Assembly (NCBI GenBank): GCA_965285935.1
Contig: OZ260661.1
Location: 88,226,001 to 88,290,000 of the forward strand
Length of the DNA stretch: 64,000 bases
Direction: 5' to 3'
Source: Ophelia neglecta
Lineage: Eukaryota
Part shown: positions 53,615-64,000 of the stretch, in pieces
Position numbering within the stretch: position 1 is the stretch's first letter
How the letters are laid out: every line of letters begins with the position of its first letter
The notes under the pieces: model-generated
What the model was told of the DNA's origin: nothing
Seen by the model: only the letters and a program-made list of their open reading frames with translations
Databases searched by the model: none
Made by a program: the position numbers and the translations under genes

Positions 53615-53710
53615 TATAGGCTTATAGGCCTATAGGCTTATACCTTTAGGCTATACCTATACCTATAGGCTATACCTATACCTATAGGCTATACCTATAG
53701 GCCCATAGGC
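53615..53710. repeat. Compound microsatellite of TAGGC(C/T)TA, TAGGCTA and TACCTA units
   Basis: TATAGGCTTATAGGCCTATAGGCTTATACCTTTAGGCTATACCTATACCTATAGGCTATACC... Confidence 0.9.
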
Positions 53711-54942
53711 TGCTGCTAGGCATTTAAGGGCGGCGACCTCCATTTTGAGCGTATGACTTTACTTGACTCGACATTTCATGAGCAGTAACCCTTCAGTTAA
53801 ATTTCTTTTTCATTCGAAGTATATTGATGCGTTGATAAAAGTGTAGCAGGGCTTTATAAAAGTCATATATGATTCTGTACAAGAGTAAATGTTTTTTTTT
53901 TAATCTTAAGATAATTGGGTCTATTGCATTCATCGTTTTAAGGCTTTCACTCAATTTAATTCTAGGAGCGTTTCTCTCTTAATTGGTTTAATCAATTTAT
54001 AAATCGCATGACATACAATATGTTGTCACAAGAAATAGTCCAATGTTCATTGCCTGGTTCTCTTCTCGGTTTTTTTTACAGAAGGAAACTAAAAACAATG
54101 GCTTAAGGTATTATATAAAAATCGCTCAAGATAATGAGTCTATATAAGCTAAGTGCATGCAAGCCCTCCGAGAAAATGCGCACATCCCAAACAATAGGCC
54201 TCGTCTCTCTCTCTCTCTCTCTCTGTGTCTCGAGGGATGACATTGTTGTTGTTTATGTATCGCGACCGATAATTCGCTAATAGCTTATGTTAGATAAATA
54301 TGTAAACATGTACCCAATGACAGGTACCAATTAACACCGTATATGTCCTGGAGAAATATGTCAATAGTTTGTACGCTTAGTGCATCGACAATCCTTACGC
54401 TATAATATTCTAAGATGATAGTTTTTGTACACCCAAAAAAGTGTATAAATTCTTGACAACACACTTTGGATATTTAGGCAGTGTTCGGAAATTGCGCAGT
54501 TGGCAAATCACCAAACTGTACTACTTTGAGAGCAGCAACAATTCCCGAGAACTGCCAAAATATCCATAAATGGCACATATTCTTACACCCTATTACACGC
54601 ATATTACCAAATATAATCTATAATCAAATTAATACATCAGCCCATATGGCCGCTTTAAATTTTAATGTACACGACTTGTCAATATGAGCAAGGTCACACG
54701 GCTAGCGTGATGTCGTATTCGTCAACTTTCTCGTACACGACCTTGTTTACTATTTTTTCATGGAATTAATGTTGAGTCGACGAATATCGCACATCGTTTA
54801 ATTCCGCGCAGACTGTCGGATAACTCCGCTCAGGCGGGAGGCTTATTTCGCGCAAAATGTCGAGTAAGCAGTTTTTCATCTGGTTTTGTTTTTCGCAGTA
54901 AGGAGCCTTATTCGGCTAGCAAGCTAGGCCTACGTGGAATAA

Positions 54943-55483
54943 GGCTACTTGTTCGCGATATAAGGGTAATAAGAGATCAGTTCCGTTATGTTCGCTAGGT
55001 GGCGCCTTATGTATCACACCGACCCACCATTTCTGGAAGGGTTAAAATTCAAAATGGCGGAACGGAGAAAGCGGACAGCGAATGTTATAAGTAAACATGC
55101 TGATATATCGAAGTGGACAGTGACCGATTGCCGGAAATGTATGAAGGAACGGGATTATAACAATTTAGAATTGCGAAAGGCAGAACTTTTGAACCTAATA
55201 GCCGAGGTGATTGCGCCTAAATGCGCCAGTGTTCCAGGCAGATGACCACCTGCGTCTTATAACTGAACTAGATACATGTGATGATGGCCGTAGATTGCTG
55301 AGTTTTCGAAGACGATCACCACGATCACCGCCACAAACCTCAATATTCATACATCCTAGTTCAGTAAAATTGTATGACCTTAAAAATTATAGTACACGGC
55401 GATTATAGGCTTACACTTCCATAACACATCATGTGGTGCTTCATACAGCTGATTTTATTAACCCTACTTTCTCGCAGATAGCG
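54943..55483. mobile_element. Putative internally deleted DNA transposon enclosing the SAP ORF
   Basis: Left GGCTACTTGTTCGCGATATAAGGGTAATAAGAGATCAG vs reverse complement of right end CGCTATCTGCGAGAAAGTAGGGTTAATAAAATCAG: degenerate inverted similarity. TSD not readable. Confidence 0.35.
55054..55390 (+). pseudogene. Frameshifted SAP-domain ORF, probably the N-terminus of a transposon accessory (YqaJ-type nuclease) gene
   Basis: ATG at 55054 gives MAERRKRT...DISKWTVTDCRKCMKERDYNNLELRKAELLNLI, which fits the SAP pattern (LxxLTVxELKxxLKxRGLxxxGxKAELIxRL). It appears to continue in the overlapping frame (RLNAPVFQADDH...VKLYDLKNY). Assignment to ISL2EU/IS4EU or KolobokP is inference. Confidence 0.55.
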
Positions 55484-58400
55484 GTAATCGTGCGCGATTA
55501 AGACTCGACTTGGTGGCGGTGCCTAGCAGCGGCTACTGTGTTACCTAGTAGTTAAATTATCTCCGGGGTCCCCTATTAAACGATGCGTGAATGTTTCCGA
55601 CATCAGACTACATTTATTTTGAAGTCAGTTATTGGTGACGTGTGGATAGGCCAGATCAATAACAATAAGTCGGACATGAACATTCGATGTTTACGGTGCC
55701 TTCCATCCAACGAATGAAATTACAAAAACTAAAATGCATCGAGTCGGATTGCCCATTGATGTCATGATTGTGGTCAGCCGGTGCAGATTAAAATGCCTTG
55801 ACTCTTGGCCGTAAAGATCTAATCGATATTGAGAGAGCTTGTTGATGAGCCAAGATGGTTCGTGATTAACGTAATTGATCAATAGATCAGTATTGATTCT
55901 TGGGCCTAGTTTGGCCTGTTTTCTGGACAGGCAATTGCGAAAACAGTGATGATGTTTAGCCTCTGTAGCCTTTTTTGGCAAAGGTATGAATGACGGAACA
56001 TTTATATTATAGAAATGAAATATTTCTATAAATTCAAACTATAGTTATATAACGATTATATCAATCGAAAAATGAGAAAGCTTTAATACAGGATTTTTAA
56101 ATGTACTAAAATCTGACGTGGAGGCCTTTATCGAACGAACCAAAAAGATGGACAACTGACAGTTCTTGGAATTGACGCCGCCGGGTGAACCCACGGATGT
56201 AATCGTCTTCCTGACCTTTTGTTTGACCTTTGATCTACACTAATGGAAGACGAGGCCTTCAACTTAAATCAAAAACATAGAGCTAAGCTCTCTCTGAAGA
56301 ATGAAAGCGAGTAAACAAGTAAACTGATGCCCTTCACAGCAGGGTGGCTTATTATTGGCGGCCTATGGGGCGTTTACTTGTCTCAGATAGCATATATTCT
56401 TATTTTCTTAGCGAAAGTAAATGCCAAGGTTTCATTACTCGTTATGAGCTCATTATCTTAATGGTCTCTAAGAGCGCCGGGCGATCCATTCTACTCAATT
56501 ATCGCCACCAGTGGTCTCGTATAGCGCCATAATATGAATCGTCTCCATTATCAGAATCGTGTTCAATAGAATTAACGAAGTGACCAAAAACAGTGAAAAT
56601 TGTGAGTTGAGACCACCAATGTATGTGACTGGATCCTGGTCTGACTTGGAGATGGTTTGGTTATCATTTGCATTGAAAGTGTACAGTTTGTTCTATATGA
56701 GGGGTCTGATTTGACGGGTGGTCTGATTATCATGATGGCCTTCAAGGCTGGTTTTGCTGTAGGTCTATTACCGATGGAGCTGTCATAGCCACGAGACAAT
56801 AGGTCATACTAATATGCTACAAGACTGTTGAGATGGAACCACTCATTTAGCCTATTAATAAACGCGCTCCGAGTGAAGTTACGGGCGCACGAAAGTATGC
56901 TTAACGGACTAAGTGCGGACTTATAATGAACATCCTCAGGCATAATATGGGCTTATATATGCCTTGTGATTTCTAAACCTCTAGCTCTTGTAAATGGACC
57001 AGAATGGAGCGTAAACTAAATGAAACTTCTTTAACTATTTTATAATTTTAAGTATTGTGTAATAATTATCGCTTAAAGAAAGAGTAACATAAGGGACTAT
57101 TGTAATTGTTGATGTGACAAACATTGCCCCTTTAAAGGGTCTAAAGATTAATTGGTAGTCTGTGGTCTTTTGGTGGTATCGAAGTGGCGGACATCTCATA
57201 TTTATTCCCGTCGGCCACATTATCAAACTAAATAACTCTACCATTCGCCTTCCATTAGGACGAGATAATAATAGCTCACCGGATCAAAATCACTGTCCAT
57301 TCTTTTTCCAGCCTGTTAAGATTAGGCATATGAGATGAGCCAGGTGAGCCTTTTGATGTTAACATAGAATTACAATATAAAGCCCCGTGAACAAAAAATT
57401 ACGGTAAAATACTGCGTGTTTGAGTGAAATTAACCAGCACCTATACCATGCTCCCATCCCATAAGCTGTCTGTGTGTTGTTTAACGAAAGAACTCGACAA
57501 AAAAGAAAGGACAGCCGGGATTCTACTGTCAGTTTCTTTAAATTAGATTTGATAGTGTATATTGATCATTTTGATATTGTGATCATGAAATACTAATTAT
57601 TGACGTTTTACATGTTTGTTTGAATTGCTCAGTGGAATGATTCGCAGCAGATGGCCGATTAGTCCATCATCTGGGTTTGTCTCAAGTCGTTGAATTGTTA
57701 GTTGTCTGAAAAATAGTACATACGTATCGACAAACTGTGAATCGAAAATCAATTTTAAAACAACCAATAATGAACAGACAATAAATATGGTAATCACCAA
57801 TGACAAGGATCTGTTGTGATCAAGGTCACTGACATGGGAACTCAATATGTCTCTAGGCCTATAGATGAAAAATTGCATTTCTGGGAAAATTGTGCGCGTT
57901 GGCCATAAAACCTATAAATAATGACGTGGAATAACTTCATGACTTCATTCAAATCTGCACATCATGTTCTTTCGCCGTATCAAGTTTCAATGAAATCTAT
58001 GCATCATAAAAACCTATCTGCTAAAGGAAAAAAAGTTAAGATAGGCCTGAAATTCTTTTACGTTGAGCGATAATATGTCATAAAGATCGATAATCTAATA
58101 TTCAGCTGACTAAATTATTATTTCATTTGGCGTTGGTAACACTTCCTCTCAGTCTCTCAGTTACCTCGCTGTTATAATGCCATCGCGCTTGTTGTCCAAA
58201 TTCGGCCAAGAGAACTTGTATACGTAGTGTTCAGCATCTCAAATTGTACCTGTAGAAAAATATTGCCACGTCTACAATCTTATTGTTTGAAAAAAGAAGA
58301 CCCTATGCTGAGCTAGAGCCATTGGAATTGAATCCGTCGCCGTTGACGGCGCGGGAGGCGGACCTGCTAGGCGAATATATGTCTTCACCGATTTCTTCAC

Positions 58401-59069
58401 CTAATTAGTGAGGCAATGGTTTTGTAATTGTACTAACTGTACTAAACGTTTGAGATCAGTAAAAAATCTAAAACTAGATACCTGAAGGTTCGCTATTCAT
58501 TTGGGAAGTACTAGAGCGTCATCTAACGGAAATATGCATCCGGAAATATAGAATCTTGCGAAACTATGGTCTATATTTTATATAACTTAACCTAGCATTG
58601 AAGATCAGTTTTATTATCAGCATATGTCCGTATGAAATATTCGATTACATGTAGGCTGGGAGAGAATCTTCTCGCATTGGCACATACAGCTGACACATAA
58701 ATCGATTTGTGTGTCTTGTTGTTTTCATGAATGGAAACTGAAGATGATAAACCCGTAAGCTGCATGCAGGTGGGAGAGACAGCCGGCGATCCACACAATA
58801 ACTATAGGGATAATCATTATTTTTTAGTTATTCGTAAACATATTTGCTCCGACTTGTTTTCTTGTAAACATACTGGCATTTAAATGGTCGATGCACTGAC
58901 GCAGTGAACAACCTCAGCCAGACACCATACAAGAGGCGTCTGGCTGCTGCACTGAGAGGCATTGGCATTATGGTCGGAATGCTTCCTACGTCATTGAGTC
59001 TAAAATCTTCACCAAGTCAGTGAACTACCTAACATCCAAGAACTTGTTGATCGTCTGCCAGAAATCTAT

Positions 59070-61370
59070 ATACTAAAGAAAAGGAAAATAGCACACGTGT
59101 AGTTTGTGATTGGTGAAACGCATGCGTTCTTATGGCATGTATAGTTGTCTAATAAGAAATAGTCCGTCTCAATTTTCTGAAAAGGATTACATGTCTCAGA
59201 GAACCCCGAAACAATTATCCTAACTAGTAGGGGTATTTGGTTTAGAAACCGTATTTGGTACAATTTAATTTTCAATAATGCTTGAGAGCCGTTGGGCTCA
59301 CCACCACAACCCATATATACTTCATACCATTTGGAAAAAAAATCTTCCGATTGGAAATTAGAATTTGGTTTCAGTAGTGTACAGGAATAAATAAAACGTG
59401 AACTTAAATGATATAAAGTAAAACATCGAATCAGTTAAGTGTAATCGTAATTTGTAAGCCATTTACCTTAGCTAGGACAAGGTTCATGTATTTATTTTAT
59501 GATTTGACTACACTTCTGTGGATATTTCGGACGGCTTCAGGAAATAAAAAGTTTTATCCAAACCATGTTATAATGAAAAAGATATAGTTTAATGAAAGAA
59601 TAGTATAGTGTTTTGACATTGTCCCTATAAAAGATTGTCTTTGCCTTATATAATATACCAAGGCCTCGGGAAACCTTGCCCCTGGAAATGTTGTTGTAGG
59701 TAACTGTTTAATAATTTTACCTTTAATGACTAGGTCATTTGTTGCTAGGTTTATCTTCTTGGAGGAAGAAAAAGAACATAAACGGTTTTTAAATATTCAA
59801 CTTCCAGCTAAAGTGAAATATTGACTATTTCTCCGGTCATAATTGTAATCAGGTCGTTTATATCCTTTCCAGATAAAAATGAATTTGAATTATCTGCAAA
59901 CAGAATAGTATAAAGATGTTCAGAAACATTTACTAAATCATTGACATACAATAAGAATAGAAGTGGGCTAAGGAAGAACCCTTGGGGAATTCCATATTTA
60001 AAGAATTGACGACAATATTTATAGTCAAAGTCAGTATACTATTCCCTTTTCTAAAGATGATGTTTTACATAATTAAAAGTTTCCCCCTGATTCCTTAATG
60101 ATGTAATTTTATAAGAAGAATGTGTCAAAGGCCTTTAAATAATCAAAAAATAGGCCTAAGACACATTCACCACGGTCTTGTGCAGGGAAAATTTATCGAT
60201 GAACACAATAAGAGCCAAATTTGTTTAATGATTGTTCCTGAAACCATATTGGTTTGGATAGAGAATATTATTTTTCTGTATAAGAGAAATGAGTCGATTA
60301 TACATAAATCTCTCAAATAATTTCCAAAATTGGTAAAACAGAGAGAGGATTATAATTTGTAAAGAGTATTACCACTCTTAAATATTGGCACATGCTGGCA
60401 ATTTTCAGCTCACGAGGAAAAATCCCTCGGGCGAACGATAAGTTTAAAATATGCACAAGTGAGTCAATATACAAATTTCCTGAGAGTTAAAACATTAAAC
60501 ATCAATTGAAGCCCAACCAACTCTGCTGTTGTTTCCCAAACCTTGAATAATATTAAGTAATTCCTGTGTAATTGGTCTCCGATTTTTTGCTTATCACATG
60601 TAGGTTGACCAGTATCCTAAAAGATGCTACAGGAGGAACGTGGCATAGTTTTATTAATGACATTCCTAATTATTTGCCATAATTTTCTTAAATTGTTTCT
60701 ATTAAGTTCAATAAGGTTCTGAAAATGAAGCTTTTCTGCATGGTCTAAGGGAGAATTCAATTTCTTTTTGTACACCTTGTAACGTTGTTTGTGTTCCGAA
60801 ATTTTGTTACTTTTTGAAACCGCCTGTTTGTACGGCCGGGCTCTAGACGTTTTTTTAGAAACTCAGTTAGCCAGGGTTTAGGAATGTTATTATTGGATTC
60901 AAGGGTCTCCTCCGGAACACATTTGTGATAAAACTGTGTCAATGCTAGCTGTGCATCATTAATTTCTAGCAAAGAGGTCAAACTTAAAACCCGAAGCCAT
61001 AATATCCAAGAACTAACTGGTTGGTCGATGGGAATCTGTATTCAAATAGTTTATATTATAGTAGATCCCAAATAAATTACATCTTTTTCTTTCAGTTACT
61101 ATTTTGAATGCAATGTCTGTATTTTGGGTGTGGCCATTAAGTCATTAAATAATCATACATCGGTATCTTGTGGCCGATATATAGCCCCTTACATTACTAC
61201 ATTACAAGTTTTTGCTATTAATATGCTTGCGACTCACTTCAATATATAAGCTTTCAATACTTTTGTCACTCATGTTCAAATCCTGTCTCTCAGTTTATTT
61301 AACACTGTCCTTGATAAACAACTTATACCCTTGTAAACTTGGGCAAAATATATAACGTTACACATATAAT
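59070..61370 (-). mobile_element. Decayed CR1-type non-LTR retrotransposon ORF2 (endonuclease + reverse transcriptase)
   Basis: Minus-strand translation gives GISVFIKDSVK*TERQDLNMSDKSIESLYIEVS (~61330-61230, APE endonuclease), GAIYRP (~61185), VLGLFFDYLKAFDT (~60160-60120) and YGIPQGFFLSPLLFLLYVNDLVNVSEHLYTILFADNS (~59997-59885, RT core, FADD decayed to FADN). Many stops and frameshifts; ends approximate. Confidence 0.9.
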
Positions 61371-63340
61371 ATTGTGTCAATTTGGGCATTCGGAGTAGGG
61401 TTAATTTGCAAGAGCGTAGTAGGGAGATGGAGGCCACGGCGGTAGCTGATTGGGGGACAAGAGCCGGAATGATGATTAAGTCAATGCCACTTCTACCTGT
61501 CCCGGCCTCTCTAACTCCTTTTCTTATACATTTTTAACCAGATTTTGTCTTTCCTCCTATACGGGCTTAGGAAAATTGTCCTTATTTTTCATTGTCCTAC
61601 CGTGTAAATAGCGGGAAAATAGCCCCATTCATGTATGAAAGTAGGTCACCATATATGTTAACCGGCACCTAAAAACCCACCGATGTGGAAAAAAAACACC
61701 CATATATTCTAACCACGGTCTTAAAAGACTCCGTTTATTTTACATTTGAAGTTAAGTAATTTACAGATGAATACTCCCAATGAATATGTTGTAGTGATAA
61801 CTACCGAAGGGTACTGACTTCGCTTAGTCAATTCGAAATTTTATATAGGCCTATAGCTAAAGGTAAAAATAAGTCCAAAAAGTAGCTAAATATACATTGA
61901 GTAAGATATCAGTCTGATTTAAACGTGTTGTTTTTCGCAGAAAGTAGTCCTGGCATGTGATTTATTGCCCCAGTCATGTGCTGAACATAGCTGCAGCCTA
62001 GGCAAGGCCAGCTGAGGTGTTAACTTACAAATTAATGACAGTTACTTTTCATCGGACATGTAGGTGAGAGGCCCAAAGTGCAGATTTTACCGAAGCTTAA
62101 CTCACAAACATCGGGATCCGTGCCAATACAGTAAAGAACCTTTTAGAATGTAATTGGTGCTCATACTAAGGGTCCATGGACTATAATATACACGAAGAGA
62201 TTTTTTTAATAAAAAACCCTTCCTTCCAAAGTAATTGCTGATTCGAGACTGTTTTATACAAACCAATCATGGGAAAAAAAGAAATGTGTATTTAAATAAC
62301 GCATGGGTAAAAGATGAAATGACTGACCATTACTTGCAAAATAAAACTTAATGAAGGACATCGCATAATAACTTGCAAATAAATAAATTATACAGAGATA
62401 TTCATTCATCATTGATATTCCGTTCCTTGCATACTGCACATTCCAATTACATTAACAGGTAAGAAGACAAACCTGTGATTTTGTCATCTCCCAGCCTGTC
62501 GGATGTTATTATGCGCATGACTTGTATTAACCCTCTGGTCCATCGTGATAAGCATTGCGGGGGTAGGGGTGTTGATATTGAAAAAAGAGAGATATGTATT
62601 TGTAAGCATCTTTTCCGCTGTGGGCTTATTGTAGGCGGAGACAAATCCGTCAATGTCCATCAGTGTTTACACTACAGGTTGCAATTTTTTGCTTTGATCG
62701 CCCTGATATATACTTGACGTGTGTATGGCAAAAATTGTCGTTTGAAGCTCAAGATAATAAGCAGTACCGGAAGTCAGATTTTATGGGCAGAAAAACGTCG
62801 TTTTCGGAAAATGCTGCCAAATTGTAACTAAAATAGCTAGCGACTGCCGGTTAGCGTCCAAATGTTCGTCAGGCCAGGGCCAGAGCTCGTCATCTACCGG
62901 CACGTCCGGGAGTCCAAATTTGCCGCCATGACGTCACGAGCATTGGTTTTTATTTCAAGAAACGGAAATAGAATTCTGACATAAGTTGAGGCAAGTTTCC
63001 GACTTTCGGTTAGTGGGCGCCGTCTACAGAGCGTCAGAAAGAAACAAAAGAAAAACCAGTAGCGTAACTTCCTCTAGTCACCAATTCGCAATTAAGCATC
63101 GCACACAAAATTTACCGGCAGCAATTTGTTGGCCATCGACAAAATAGGGTTCGCAGTTATGTTTGAAAAATAATTCGTCCGTTTTGCTTTTCTTAGCGTA
63201 TAAACAGCCCAAATCTCGTTCAAGTCCCTTAATTGCTTAAATCTCCGGAACCGGAAGTTACAACGACATCCGGTCTTCAAACGGACTGTGTCTCTCTACA
63301 TTAATGAAGGTTGCAGTGGCGTAATAGGACTTTCCCCATG

Positions 63341-63362
63341 CAGTGGCGCCCCCTGTTGGGCT
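63341..63362 (-). promoter_or_regulatory. Strong CTCF-like motif
   Basis: Minus strand AGCCCAACAGGGGGCGCCACTG closely fits the bilaterian CTCF core CCASYAGRKGGCRS (one mismatch). Confidence 0.55.
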
Positions 63363-64000
63363 GTTCTAGAGCTTTCAGGACCGATAAAAAAAAGCTAGAC
63401 GAGCTGTATAACATGCTGGACTATGTGTTATTTATAAAATAGACTTAAGGTCTTATCATTTAGGAATAATTGATAGACGCATACTGGTATTGTTGGCGCA
63501 ATGGTGGCCATGGCAAAGACATGTCACACTTTTTGCGCGGGCCATTTTTGGAGGCCGGCAGCCATTTGGACGTAAAGAGGGAAAAAAATGATCATTTCTT
63601 CAAGCTCACGTAGAAAAAAATTTGCCAACTAATGCTATCCTCATATTTTGATATGTTGTTGCCTTAACTGGTGTCTTTCAGCGACACACATCGGCTAAGC
63701 CCGAGCCATATCGTGAATAGGTGAAAAACGACCAGCTAGGCACGCGATTTAACATGTAAGAGATAGGGATTTTAATTACGTCCCTGCAACCTGAAGCAAG
63801 TATAATATAGTCGCATAGGACGTTGAACGTTTTAGAGCTTAAAGTAACCAAAATATCGCCTGTCAATATTATGAGTTTAAATATCGTATGTCAGAAAATA
63901 CAATTTTCAGGGACTTATGCATGTTCATTTCACATAACGTTGGTCTACCAACATCTTTGGCTCTTTTATGGCAGTTTCGTTGTTAATATCAGTAAAGACC

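Noticed and set aside
53724-54657. Kolobok-like element bounded by TTAAGGGCGGC...GCCGCTTTAA
   Set aside because: The inverted match is only a few bases and offset; TTAA-type ends are frequent here and could not be paired reliably.
60151-60158. TAGGCCTA inside the CR1-type LINE as a footprint
   Set aside because: It reads in frame as LGL in the conserved GLFxDxxKAFDT motif, so it is probably native sequence.

Overview
A 64-kb, AT-rich (about 38% GC by eye) stretch of eukaryotic, almost certainly animal, DNA. The repeat types and CTCF-like motifs suggest a bilaterian invertebrate, but the taxon cannot be fixed from sequence. It reads as intergenic DNA or a long intron: I found no recognisable host gene, rRNA, tRNA or known miRNA, and nearly all ORF-track entries look spurious. 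Supportable content: decayed LINEs (CR1-type EN+RT at ~59.1-61.4 kb, L2 at ~30.6-31.3 kb, possible Gypsy and RTE relics), a 5'-truncated SINE with a perfect 13-bp TSD, several MITE families, a complete Helentron-associated-type element, a relic with a frameshifted SAP-domain ORF, minisatellites, and patches dense in transcription-factor motifs. The most notable observation is that TAGGCCTA occurs at least 24 times (about 1 expected). At 29064 it sits in one arm of an inverted repeat as an extra GGCCTA at a TA that the other arm lacks. This points to cut-and-paste excision footprints of a TA-targeting DNA transposon with GG(C)...(G)CC ends; candidate relics of such an element lie at ~54.9-55.9 kb.
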